A DNA stretch of 64,000 nt, taken from positions 32,426,001 to 32,490,000 of the forward strand of contig OZ024744.1 of assembly GCA_964016885.1 (NCBI GenBank), in the 5' to 3' direction. The position numbers and the translations under genes were made by a program. Of this stretch, positions 43,220 through 56,130 are shown one piece after another. The notes below the pieces were generated by a model, which worked only from the letters and a program-made list of their open reading frames with translations, was not told where the DNA came from and made no database searches. Numbering within the stretch: position 1 is the first letter of the stretch; each line of letters starts with the position of its first letter. This DNA is from Eledone cirrhosa (lineage: Eukaryota).

Positions 43220-43971
43220 ATATATATATATATTGTTATACTTTGGGAGGTTCATGCTGCCAATAAAACACATGCACCTGTCGATTTTCACTTCAATTTA
43301 TTATAAATTTCCGGTTGGTTGGCTGGTTAGCCGGAAGGTTGTTCATATATTGTCAAAGTTCTTTCGTCACACATTCTGTGACCTCTTCTGTTACTAGGTT
43401 TTTATTTTCTGTCTCTCCTTTATTCTGTCCTACACCATCTTGTTTTTGTGTGCTGTGTCTTTGGTTTGCGCATGGTTACATCCGTGTGTGGGTGTGGGTT
43501 TTTATTTATTTATGTGTTTATTTACTTGTCACTAGCTGGTTGTTTGTTCTATCTGTGTGTGTCTGATTTGTTTTGTTAGTTTGGTTTTTATGTGTGTCTG
43601 TATGTCTTCATTTTGTCCTAAATTACTAGTTGTGATGTTGCTATTCCACTCATGCTTTCTGTTTAAATTTGGTTGGAGTTCGTTTATGTTTCTCGCCTCT
43701 GTGATTTGTCTCAGCATTGCATCTTTTCTGTGTTTGGATATCATTTTTATCTCCATCCGGTTATTGAGCCAACTAACTGTTACATGGTTATTCATGAGAC
43801 TTCGTCAGATTCCTACGCAATCTTTGGTGCATTTATGCAATCATTGTGGTATGCCGGTGGCCAAGCATGTCCATCCAGTAGTGAAGTGGTTCGGCATATC
43901 ACAATGATTGCATAACTTCACAAATAATTGCGTAAGAATCTGACGAAGTCACATGAATAACCATGTAACAG
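43220..43971 (-). mobile_element. Penelope-like remnant (GIY-YIG tail + 3'UTR) with 5' inversion
   Basis: Minus: LRQITEARNINELQPNLNRKHEW; inverted duplicate 43776-43855/43892-43971. Confidence 0.65.
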
Positions 43972-44639
43972 AAATATTTATATTGCAAAAAACAATTATG
44001 TTGATTGAATCCCTTCTTAACTACTGGTGGATTGGCAGTATCGGTAGAGGGTCGGACGCCATGCTTTGACGCATAGAGTATGGCCCTTGCCATTCTGAGT
44101 TCAAATCCCGCCGAGGTTAACTTTACCTTTCATCCTTACGGGGTCGATAAAATAAAGTACCAGTAATACACTGGGTAATTGGTGGCCTTGTGCCAAAAGT
44201 AGAAACAATTATTTTACGGGGTCGATAAAATAAAGTACCAGTAATGCACTGGTTAATTGCTGGCCTTGTGCCAAAAAGTAGAAACAATTATTTGATAAAT
44301 GAATACTCCATCATTCATTATCACCTACCTGGGATACTCTACTAACCTGTAGTTCTTTGGATAAACTTCCTTTAAATTTACGCCTGCGCAAAGCTGTGGA
44401 GGTGAATTAGGGTTCACAGGGGAAAGGGAGAAGTCTTCAAGAACATCATCTTCGTCAGTTCCCTTGTCGTTTTAATTTGAATTGCCTCGAGACCGTAACC
44501 TTATTATGTAAGAAGCTGTCTGATGAGATCAAGGCACTGGTTAGGCGGAATCACGTGGTCACTGTCGTCATTGTAATATGTATCACAGCCTTATTAATGA
44601 AGGACTTTAACATCTGAAACTACTTCGCATTTTCCGTTC

Positions 44640-44812
44640 TATAAATTTCCGTTATAACGAAATTCTCGAGTTATAATAAGAATTCGTTGAAAACATTTTT
44701 TTTTATAACGACATCCACCTAACCCATTGAGCGTGTGGCCGGGATCAAAACAAATTCGTTATACTGAAAAGTTCCTTGTAATGGTATTCGTTATAACGGA
44801 ATTTTACCTGTA
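44640..44812 (-). mobile_element. Possible pogo/Tigger-like DNA transposon terminus
   Basis: Minus begins TA CAGGTAAAATTCCGTTATAACGAA; repeated CGTTATAACG subterminal motifs. Confidence 0.4.
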
Positions 44813-45134
44813 TATATAAAATTAGAATTTTATTTCTCGCCCTAAGATAGCTGATATATAAATGTAAGTATGTATACATACATACACACGCACACAGACC
44901 CCCCCCCCACATATATATACATACACGCACACACACACATATATTTTGTATATACATATGTACGTATGGGTTATATCGAACATTAATAATAATATTCGAT
45001 TCGTTTGCAAAAAAAAGAAAAAAGGCTCGAAAAAGCACTGCTGTGCCTTGATGACCAATCGTCATGTATGTATGTATGTATGTATGTATGTATGTATGTA
45101 TGTATGTATGTATGTATGTATGTATGAATGTATG

Positions 45135-47445
45135 GACTAAAAACAAAACCTGTCAAAGGGCAAAGGAGCTCTTAAGAGTCAATGGCCATCCAAAATCACC
45201 GGGAGAGATGACTCCTTAGCCTTTGTCAAGGCAGAATTATAGGAGAAGGAAAACTCTGATATAACACCTGCAACCCTGATGGTATCCAATGATGTTGACT
45301 TGTTCTTCTTTTTGGTAAATATCATCTTCGTTAAGAGAGTGGGACTGGCTTTGTGCAGTGCCTTTGCTCACTATAAAAGCTTCACGGCACAGGCATTGCT
45401 TTATATCTGGAGATCTCTCTGCACTTGTTACATGTTAGCATAGGCCCAGCACTATGTGTCAATAATTGTCACAAGTGTAGTGTTTGTACCAGAGATTTTA
45501 AGTCGCTGGCAGGACTAAAAAGTTACACTCGTTCAGCGCATCGGTAGGGGTTCTCCTACATGGATATAAAGTAGTAGCCGTTCTCGAAAACGAGTTGGCA
45601 GCCACCATGTATGTATGTATATGTGTATGTATGTATACATATATCCGGGAGAGATGACCCCTTAGCCTTTGTCAAGGCAGAATTCTAGGAGAAGAAAAAC
45701 TTTGATATAACACCTGCAACCCTGATGGTATCCAATGATGTTGACTTGTTCTTCTTTTTGCTAAATATCATCTTGGTTAAGAGAGTGGGACTGGCTTTGT
45801 GCAATGCCTTTGCTCACTATAAAAGCTTCACGGCACAGGCATTGCTTTGTATCTGTAGATCTCTCTGCACTTGACGTCACATGGTGCCATGGGCCCAGCA
45901 CTATGTGTCAATAATTGTCACAGGTGTAGTGTTTGTACCAGAGTTTTCAAGTCGCTGGCTGGACTGAAAAGTCACACTTGTTTAGCGCATCGGTGGGGGT
46001 TCTCCTACATGGATATAAAGTAGTGGCCGTACTCGAAAACGAGTTGGCAGCCACCATGTATGTATGTATATAAGTATGTATGCATGTATGAATGTATGTA
46101 TGTATATAAGTATGTATGCTTGTATGTATGTATGTATGTTATCCAATGATGTTGACTTGTTCTTCTTTTTGGTAAATATCATCTTGGTTAAGAGAGTGGG
46201 ACTGGCTTTGTGCAGTGCCTTTTCTCACTATAAAAGCTTCACGGCACAGGCATTGCGTTATATCTGGAGAGATCTCTGCACTTGTCGTCACATGGTACCA
46301 TAGGCCCATCACTATGAGTCAATAATTGTCACAAGTGTAGTCTTTGTACCAGAGTTTTCATGTCGCTGGCTGGACTAAAAAGTCACACTCGTTCAGCGCA
46401 TCGGTAGGGGTTCTCCTACATGGATATAAAGTAGTGGCCGTACTCGAAAACGAGTTGGCAGCTACCATGCTTGTATGTATGTATGTATGTATGTATGTAT
46501 GTATGTATGTATATCTCTCTTTCTCTTTATTTCGAGTACATTTTTGACCGGCCACCTTCCTGGTGTCATGGTTGTAAAAGAAAAGAAATTGTCATCCCTT
46601 GAATCGCAAGAATGTTTTGAAAATGTTGAATGTTTCGCAGCCATTTGTATTCTATGAAATAGGGAGCTGCGATCTTTGCCCACAAATCCAAGTTCAGCCA
46701 TACTTTGGTCCAAGCGGGTTTGTATATAATCCGTAGATCCAATAATGATGGATATGAAGCTAAAGGTGTATCTTGGATACTGATCTGTAAACTCCTCATT
46801 AATGGCCCGTAGATTTTTCTTGTATTTTTCTGACAACGTTGACATCAAGTGGGCAGCTGATCTCTACAACAGAGCATGTTTTCAATGTGTGGTCCCAAAC
46901 AACAATATCGGACCGGTTGTACTTTAATTTGGTGGCGGTTTTTATTTTCAGGTTCTACCAGTAATCCTTAGTGCCATGTATCTCAACATATTCCTCCTCA
47001 TTTGTATGTATGTATGTTCTACTTTTTGGTAAATATCATATTGGTTAAGAGAGTGGGACTGGCTTTGTGCAGTGCCTTTGCTCACTATAAAAGCTTCACG
47101 GCACAAGCATTGCTTTATATCTGGAGATCTCTCTGCACTTGTCGTCACATGGTACCATGGGCCCAGCACTATGTGTCAGTAATTGTCACAAGTGTAGTGT
47201 TTGTACCAGAGTTTTCAAGTGGCTGGCTGGACTAAAAAGTCACACTCGTTCAGCTCATCGGTAGAGGTTCTCCTACATGGATATAAAGTAGTGGCCGTAC
47301 TCGGAAACGAGTTGTCAGCCACCATGTATATATGTACGTATTAAGAATGTATCTATTATGTATCTATGTACGTATGTATGTATTTATACGTGCATATATA
47401 TGAATGTACGTATGTATGGATCTTTGTATATAAGTACGTACGTAC

Positions 47446-47480
<35 letters not shown>

Positions 47481-47604
47481 TGTATGTATGTATGTATGTA
47501 TGTATGTATGTAGTAAAAAGTCACACTCGTTCAGCGCATCGGTAAGGGTTCTCCTACATGGATATAAAGTAGTGGCCGTACTCGAAAACGAGTTGGCAGC
47601 CACC
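45135..47604 (+). mobile_element. Cluster of five 5'-truncated copies of the (TATG)n-tailed element
   Basis: Copies at 45135-45607, 45646-46056, 46141-46468, 47016-47323, 47513-47604; same 3' end, variable 5' ends. Confidence 0.85.
46570..47000 (-). pseudogene. RLE-type LINE endonuclease remnant
   Basis: Minus: RSDIVVWDHTLKTCSVVEISCP..YPRYTFSFISIIIGS; similar to 63114-63580. Confidence 0.65.
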
Positions 47605-48080
47605 ATATATGTATGTATGAATATAAAAATGTATGTACGTAAGTATGTATATACGTACGTACGTACGTATGTATGTATGTATGTATGTATGTATGTATGT
47701 ATGTATGTATGTATGTATGTATGTATGTATGTATGTATGTATCTCTATATGTATGTATCAATGTGATTGTATGACTGTATGATTGTGTGATCGTGTACGT
47801 ATTGATGTCTCTCTGAGTCTATATTCGGTCGCGTTCCTTAGGGATCGCTAAAAATTATTTGGTTCGAATGCTGAAACGATCTCGGGTCAGCACATCCGGC
47901 TTTTGTTTCACTACTTCACCATGCATGAAGTTGCTGTAAAGGGTTTCTCCTGTACGCATGACTGATATTGAAAACGTTCCTGGCATCAAACTGTTAAGTA
48001 TAAAATCGTTCATAAGCTATAAACATTAAATGGACGAGTAAGATTGTATATATATATATATATTTATATCTATATGTATA

Positions 48081-48112
<32 letters not shown>

Positions 48113-48191
48113 CATATATATATATATCTGCTTGTATATATGTATATATGTACAAACACACACACACACACACACACACATGCGCGCGTAA

Positions 48192-48316
<125 letters not shown>

Positions 48317-48338
48317 TATATACACATTTATATACATA

Positions 48339-51300
48339 CTAGCAGTTTAGCCCGGCGTTGCACGGGTTTGTTCATTTGCTATGAAAAGTTACATACAGGT
48401 AAACGTGGTTTGAAAGCGAATAAGCTTATCAATTAAGTGTATATAGCAGTTGAACCGGTTATTAAAAGTTACGAACCAATTAGCATTTTGGTCAATCAAT
48501 GATGGGTTAATAATCTTCCAATAGCGAATTTAGTAGACCAAAGTTGCAAGATGGTGGCCCTGATGCCGCTGGGTGTCAGATCTGTCCGCCATGGGATACC
48601 CTACCAGGAAATAGTGTTCCAGACGGCATAGCTCCAACACCTGCACCAACATCTATAGCACCTCTTGGTAGACGATATTGCGTGTCATCCCTTGAGGAGA
48701 GTAAGCAAAAAGTCCATTCCTGCTCCCTGCGTGGGAACAGGCAACATAAAGTTGGCCATGAGAGAAGCATGGCTCCACCAAATGGATGCCCGCCACCGAC
48801 AATGTTTGCCCTTGTGACTTGCTAATGGACATGGCAAAACATGGTCTCACCGGGAATTGGGATCGCCGGAAATCGAACGGGATATCTGACGCCGAGGGGA
48901 AAAGGTTCATCCTTGGAATGAAAACATTCTCCCCTCTTCCGCACCCCGTTACAATGGTGGCCTCAATCAAGTGGGTGTCAGTGACTTGACGACCATGCGA
49001 GTACCGTTGCACTGCTTTGGTGGACGTAAGTTCCTTATTAGCATAATGGGACAGCCAACCCTAAGCTTAATAATGTGAGGTGGGAGCCCTGGGGGCTCAA
49101 GGAGATTTAATAACTCAACCGGATAATTAACGATATCGTCGGGGTCTGATTTGAAGATGTGCTCTTTACCGGGAATCTTCTCAATCTGCTGCTCGTTAAT
49201 AAAATTAACCATGGTATTTTTCGGAGCAAGGATGGCTCTTTCGCTGAGCCAATCGAGGTTTTTAAAGTTAGATGAGACATTAGAAAAAACTGCTTCCCAA
49301 AGGTCAGAAGGGCTGCTCACAATGTTGCGCAGGGTGTCGATTGCTATGCCTCCCTTGTCATCCGCAGGGATCTTGCCCTCACCAAGTGCTAAAATGTTCT
49401 GTACTGCAGACATGTTGTCACCATGCAAATGAGCACGCATATTTGTGCTCAGGTACAAACTATTCACCTGGAGCCACAACATGGACGACTTAAGACAGGC
49501 ACGCACTTCATCAGTTCTTGTCCATTTGGGGATGACTGGCAGCGTTTTCCGAAAATCCCCTGATAGCAGAAGGGTTACGCCACCCATAGGAGCCGTAGAA
49601 TCCCTAATGTCTTTCCGGGCCTTGTCCAATGCCTCAAGGGCACCCTTGTGTGCCATTGTGCACTCATCCCAAACAATGAGGCAACATCTTTTGAGAACCA
49701 GAGCTTTGTGTGAACTCTTGCTGATATTGCATGTTGGTGTCTCAGTTTTTACTAAATCCAAAGGGAGTTTAAAGGTTGAATGTGCTGTCCTGCCTCCCGG
49801 CAGCAAAGTAGCAGCGATCCCGGACGATGCAACGGACAACGCAACTTTTTTCTCCTGACGAATCTTAGCGGGAATCAAATTCGTTACAAAGGTTTTTCCG
49901 GTACCCCTAGGATCGTTTTTTATTGGGGTGGGGGTGGGTGGAGGGGTCAGGGTTTTTTTTTTTAACCTTGAGGTATAACCAGTCAGTAGTTCCTTCAAAG
50001 GCTCTGGCGGTTCCGTAAGAAGGGGCAAGGTGACCTTACCGTTTAAGCAGCACATTGCAGGTGGCTCCCCAGCCCACTTTGTAGCATTGCAGAATTGGCA
50101 ATTGAAGCGCATCTCGCCTATATTTATGTCAGAGTGCATCGAGTAATTAACGTTTTGCTCATACTTGAAAGCCTGTAGGTGCCACTAAGGGCTGTTGGGG
50201 CTCGTTACACCGCCGGCAGCTTCTCACCGTCGACTGTCACGCTTGAACGTAGAACATTGGTCGTGTGGTTGGTGGGAAGGTCTGGCAGCAATAGCAGAAG
50301 CAACATTTGCAATGCTAATGGACCGCCCGTCTGCATCTTCAGAAGCCATGGAAGTAGTCATAGCCGCAGCGTTCGTAGGAAGGCGAGCCGTCCGTTGTTT
50401 TAAACGTTCCAAAGACCTGGAAGCAGCATTAGTCGCATCGTTTCTAGCCAGGCGCTTCGACCTTTGTTCACGGCTCTCTGAAGCCCTGGAAGAAGCCTGG
50501 TATGAAGCCATTTTGGCTAGGCGTGCGGTGCGCTGTTGGAAACTTTCAGCGGCTCGACATTCTGCTGAACGTAAGGCTGTCTGTGAAAGTCTTGAAGTAT
50601 TTTCCTCAGAGGACTCGTTTGCTATAGTAGCCATTTGCGCCACTGCTGACGCGGTATGTCGACTGAGGCGACTTCTCTTTTTAGGTGGCATTTTATGTCC
50701 AAAAGAAAGGGTGAAAGTTACTTCTACAGAAAAATTGACTTTGAAAGTATAAGGCTGATAATTGAATGTAAAAAGATTGATAAGAAAGGCCCCCCAAAAA
50801 AATTTACAGGTATTTGTATGTATGTGTGTATTTTTATGTCGAAAAGAAAGGGTTAAAGTTACTTCTACTGAAAAATTTAGTTTGAAAGTGTAAGGCCGAT
50901 GTGTGTGTAAATTAAGTGACAGGTATTTGTATGTATGTGTGTATATGTATGTATGTGTGTCTATGTATGTATGTATGTATGTATGTATGTATGTATGTAT
51001 GTATGTATGTATGTATGTATGTATGTATTAAAGCTTGAAAGTTACTTCAACATAAAAATTGACTTTGAAAGTATAAGGCTGATAATTGAATGTAAAACTA
51101 TTGATAAGAAAGGCCCCCCAAAAACTTTACAGGTCTTTGTATGTATGTGTGTATTTTTATGTCGAAAATAAAGGGTTAAAGTTACTTATACAGAAAAATA
51201 TAGTTTGAAAGTGTAAGGCCGATTGAAAAACTTACAGTTTAGTAAATGAAAGTCAGCTTCGAAATGGAGTTTGAACGCGCTAATACAAACACACACACAT

Positions 51301-51807
51301 ATATCCGTCTTTTAGTGTGTCTGTGTGTTTCTCTCTCCCTCTTTATCATTATATACCTCTTTATCATTATATGCTATTGTTATTTCTAAAACAAACTGTG
51401 TATGCGTTGATTGATTGAAATTCCCGCGTTCCTGTTTCTATGACGTCAATCGTAACCATACCAACATATATGTGTGTGTATGCACCCACATATATGTGTG
51501 TATATGTTTTTTTTCAATGTTTCTCTTTTTCACAAACACTTATAAGAGAAGGTAGCAATTTTAAGGGGAGGTGATGAAGGGAGTAGATATAGGAAACGTA
51601 TATCATATGAGAGAGGAGAAATCATGGATTGTTGAAATAAATCGATTTTTCCGTAATTGTGGCATTTTTTACCCAATAAGTTCGCCCATGACCCAAGTTA
51701 GAATATTTGTAAACATTCTGCTTAATTATTCATTCAATATTTTTGGAATTGTGTAAATGTATAAAATTGAAACATACATACAGACACAAAAATCTGCCTT
51801 TTATAGA
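48339..51807 (-). mobile_element. Helitron, internally deleted
   Basis: Minus 5' end A|TCTATAAAAGG at 51807; 3' hairpin CCCG TGCAACGC CGGG followed by CTAG|T at 48339-48342; helicase coding sequence inside. Confidence 0.88.
48653..50691 (-). pseudogene. Helitron RepHel remnant: N-terminus, Cys motif and Pif1-type helicase
   Basis: MPPKKRSRL.. N-terminus; CQFC..CCLNGKV; GTGKTF, GRTAHSTFK, WDECTM, GDFRKTLPV, NGTR, QFPVRPCFAMSISKSQGQT, HGQLYVA; three frames. Confidence 0.9.
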
Positions 51808-51812
51808 TAATG

Positions 51813-51887
<75 letters not shown>

Positions 51888-51894
51888 CATACAC

Positions 51895-51976
<82 letters not shown>

Positions 51977-52166
51977 CGGAGGAATTGTGGTAAGGAACCA
52001 GATGGACCATATCGCACCAGAGTACTCAATACTTTGTGTAGTAGAGTGGGTAATAGGAGAAAATATGACCCCGGCGACAGAGCTCAAGCCGCTTCGACGG
52101 TTATTTCAGTCCAGAAATAGCCGTCGAAACGGCTTGAGCTCTGCCATCGGGGTCATACTTTCTCCT

Positions 52167-52209
<43 letters not shown>

Positions 52210-52481
52210 GATAGATAGATAGATATATCATTTAAATAATATATGTATATGTAGGCGTACGTATATACATATATGTATATATATATCTGTGCGTCTGTGT
52301 GTGTGTGTATATATATGTGTGTGTAAATATATACGTATATATAATACATGTATATGGATGTGTGTGTGTATGAATGTCTATATATATGTATGTATATATT
52401 TATGTTCTTCTTTGAGGAACCTGTGATAAACAGGCGAAACTCTAGAGTAACATTACTCACTATTTAGCCTTAATAAAGTGA

Positions 52482-52593
<112 letters not shown>

Positions 52594-52895
52594 ATATGCG
52601 CAGTCGCACGTGTGTGTCGGTGTGTCTGTGTGTGTACGTACAGATACACAGAGCCCCGTGATTGTTCAACATATATTACTATGTATTATTGCTAACCATA
52701 TTTCTGAAACACTCGACCGTGCTTGTGTCCACATCACTATGTGTGTTGTGTTGAAATCTCACCGCGTTCCCGGTTGTGTTATAACTTTTTAGAGATTCAT
52801 ATATGTTCATATAAGTTCCAGTTTAAAAATCTTTTAACATCCATGGCGTCAAATGTGTGTGTGTATATATATATATGAATATACATATATATATA

Positions 52896-52984
<89 letters not shown>

Positions 52985-52986
52985 AG

Positions 52987-53353
52987 TGTAATCTGAGTTT
53001 TTCGAATATTAATAATAATATTCGATTCGTTTGCAATTATGCAAACAAGCCTCTTTAAAGCCCCTCATACTTGCTCTTGTGTTGGCCTGTAAACAGAACT
53101 GCAGACACTAATGTTTCTGAGTATCTTCAACAGTACAGCTCACTATTCACCTGCCAACTGTCAGAGCTAGAGAAAATATATATTTTCTAAAATATACAGT
53201 GACTGATCGGCCTGATTTGCATATTAGCAGACTGGTTGATCATTCACATCTGCATATTAGCAGATCCACTGATCAACTAGATTTGCATATCAGCAGACTG
53301 GCCAGTCAGTTTCCTGTATACGAGCGATAAATATTCGAAAAACTCAGATTACA
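52987..53353. mobile_element. MITE-like element with 24-bp inverted repeats
   Basis: TGTAATCTGAGTTTTTCGAATATT at 52987-53010 and its reverse complement at 53330-53353. Confidence 0.6.
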
Positions 53354-53667
53354 TATATTGTATTCAGCTATATAGAACGATAACTTTTTTTTTTAGTTAG
53401 TTGAATATGGCATAGCCGGCCATTAATCATATATATATATATATATAATTAAGTTAAAAATGTACATCCACATATGTATACTGAAATACTAGTATGCATA
53501 TGAATACACCCACGTATACATATGTAGATGTACCGAGTTTTTCACTGGTCACTTTACTGTGAGTGTCCAGCTATTCTGCATGTAAACACACAGACAAACC
53601 AGTTTTTAGAGTCATACTGGTTTTTGAGGAAACACCTTTCCTCTATTCTCCAGAAAGCCAGACAAGG

Positions 53668-53712
53668 AATATTGAACTAGTTTCGATGTTGTTACATCTC
53701 ATCAGCAATATT
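53668..53712 (-). ncRNA. Minimal type I hammerhead ribozyme (inverted unit)
   Basis: Reverse complement of 54360-54404. Confidence 0.85.
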
Positions 53713-54359
53713 TACCTATCTTCCGGCCTCTCTAGAGAATCGTAAAAGCACATATCGTTATATGCTTTTTCTATGAAAATTAGTAGTGGGCAGACTAATT
53801 TGCATAGAGCGTGAGTACGTACCGGTTCAACGGAGACGATAAAAACAAATAACGAAACGAAATTAAATTTCGTTTCGTTTGTAACTCACTTTTGTATGAC
53901 TGACGCTTAAACAATTAAGTTAAAAATGTACATCCACACATTGTCTGGCTTTCTGGAGAATAGAGGAAAGGTGTTTCCTCAAAAACCAGTATGACTCTAA
54001 AAACCGGTTTGTCTGTGTGTTTACATACAGAATAGCTGGACACTCACAGTAAAGTGACCAGTGAAAAACTCGGTACATCTACATATGTATACGTGTGTGT
54101 ATTCATATGCATACTAGTATTTCAGTATACATATGTGGATGTACATTTTTAACTTAATTGTTTAAGCGTCAGTCATACAAAAGTGAGTTACAAACGAAAC
54201 GAAATTTAATTTCGTTTCGTTATTTGTTTTTATCGTCTCCGTTGAACCGGTACGTACTCACGCTCTATGCAAATTAATCTGCCCACTACTAATTTTCATA
54301 GAAAAAGCATATAACGATATGTGCTTTTACGATTCTCTAGAGAGGCCGGAAGATAGGTA

Positions 54360-54404
54360 AATATTGCTGATGAGATGTAACAACATCGAAACTAGTTCAA
54401 TATT
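54360..54404 (+). ncRNA. Minimal type I hammerhead ribozyme
   Basis: AATATTG CTGATGA GATGT AACA ACATC GAAA CTAG TT CAATATT: 7-bp stem I, 5-bp stem II, palindromic stem III, GUU triplet. Confidence 0.87.
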
Positions 54405-54825
54405 CCTTGTCTGGCTTTCTGGAGAATAGAGGAAAGGTGTTTCCTCAAAAACCAGTATGACTCTAAAAACCGGTTTGTCTGTGTGTTTACATACAGAATA
54501 GCTGGACACTCACAGTAAAGTGACCAGTGAAAAACTCGGTACATCTACATATGTATACGTGTGTGTATTCATATGCATACTAGTATTTCAGTATACATAT
54601 GTGGATGTACATTTTTAACTTAATTGTTTAAACGTCAGTCATACAAAAGTGAGTTACAAACGAAACGAAATTTAATTTCGTTTCGTTATTTGTTTTTATC
54701 GTCTCCGTTGAACCGGTACGTACTCACGCTCTATGCAAATTAGTCTGCCCACTACTAATTTTCATAGAAAAAGCATATAACGATATGTGCTTTTACGATT
54801 CTCTAGAGAGGCCGGAAGATAGGTA

Positions 54826-54870
54826 AATATTGCTGATGAGATGTAACAACATCGAAACTAGTTCAATATT
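54826..54870 (+). ncRNA. Minimal type I hammerhead ribozyme
   Basis: Identical to 54360-54404. Confidence 0.87.
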
Positions 54871-55291
54871 CCTTGTCTGGCTTTCTGGAGAATAGAGGAA
54901 AGGTGTTTCCTCAAAAACCAGTATGACTCTAAAAACCGGTTTGTCTGTGTGTTTACATACAGAATAGCTGGACACTCACAGTAAAGTGACCAGTGAAAAA
55001 CTCGGTACATCTACATATGTATACGTGTGTGTATTCATATGCATACTAGTATTTCAGTATACATATGTGGATGTACATTTTTAACTTAATTGTTTAAGCG
55101 TCAGTCATACAAAAGTGAGTTACAAACGAAACGAAATTTAATTTCGTTTCGTTATTTGTTTTTATCGTCTCCGTTGGACCGGTACGTACTCACGCTCTAT
55201 GCAAATTAGTCTGCCCACTACTAATTTTCATAGAAAAAGCATATAACGATATGTGCTTTTACGATTCTCTAGAGAGGCCGGAAGATAGGTA

Positions 55292-55336
55292 AATATTGCT
55301 GATGAGATGTAACAACATCGAAACTAGTTCAATATT
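55292..55336 (+). ncRNA. Minimal type I hammerhead ribozyme
   Basis: Identical to 54360-54404. Confidence 0.87.
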
Positions 55337-55757
55337 CCTTGTCTGGCTTTCTGGAGAATAGAGGAAAGGTGTTTCCTCAAAAACCAGTATGACTCTAAAA
55401 ACCGGTTTGTCTGTGTGTTTACATACAGAATAGCTGGACACTCACAGTAAAGTGACCAGTGAAAAACTCGGTACATCTACATATGTATACGTGTGTGTAT
55501 TCATATGCATACTAGTATTTCAGTATACATATGTGGATGTACATTTTTAACTTAATTGTTTAAGCGTCAGTCATACAAAAGTGAGTTACAAACGAAACGA
55601 AATTTAATTTCGTTTCGTTATTTGTTTTTATCGTCTCCGTTGGACCGGTACGTACTCACGCTCTATGCAAATTAGTCTGCCCACTACTAATTTTCATAGA
55701 AAAAGCATATAACGATATGTGCTTTTACGATTCTCTAGAGAGGCCGGAAGATAGGTA

Positions 55758-55802
55758 AATATTGCTGATGAGATGTAACAACATCGAAACTAGTTCAATA
55801 TT
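55758..55802 (+). ncRNA. Minimal type I hammerhead ribozyme
   Basis: Identical to 54360-54404. Confidence 0.87.
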
Positions 55803-56090
55803 CCTTGTCTGGCTTTCTGGAGAATAGAGGAAAGGTGTTTCCTCAAAAACCAGTATGACTCTAAAAACCGGTTTGTCTGTGTGTTTACATACAGAATAGC
55901 TGGACACTCACAGTAAAGTGACCAGTGAAAAACTCGGTACATCTACATATGTATACGTGTGTGTATTCATATGCATACTAGTATTTCAGTATACATATGT
56001 GGATGTACATTTTTAACTTAATTGTTTAAGCGTCAGTCATACAAAAGTGAGTTACAAACGAAACGAAATTTAATTTCGTTTCGTTATTTG

Positions 56091-56127
<37 letters not shown>

Positions 56128-56130
<3 letters not shown>

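Larger units (their letters stand above)
53447..56096. repeat. 466-bp tandem array (~4.6 direct units, 53941-56096) preceded by ~1.06 inverted units (53447-53939); one hammerhead per unit
   Basis: Period fixed by CTGATGA at 54367, 54833, 55299, 55765; units differ at only a few sites; (TA)n on both sides. Confidence 0.95.

Noticed and set aside
53563-55907. Repeated 60-aa ORF MSSYS.CKHTDKP
   Set aside because: GTG start, no recognisable domain, antisense to the hammerhead; recurrence only reflects the tandem unit.
53941-56096. CRISPR-like array
   Set aside because: Units are entirely repeated with no unique spacers; eukaryotic context, no cas genes.
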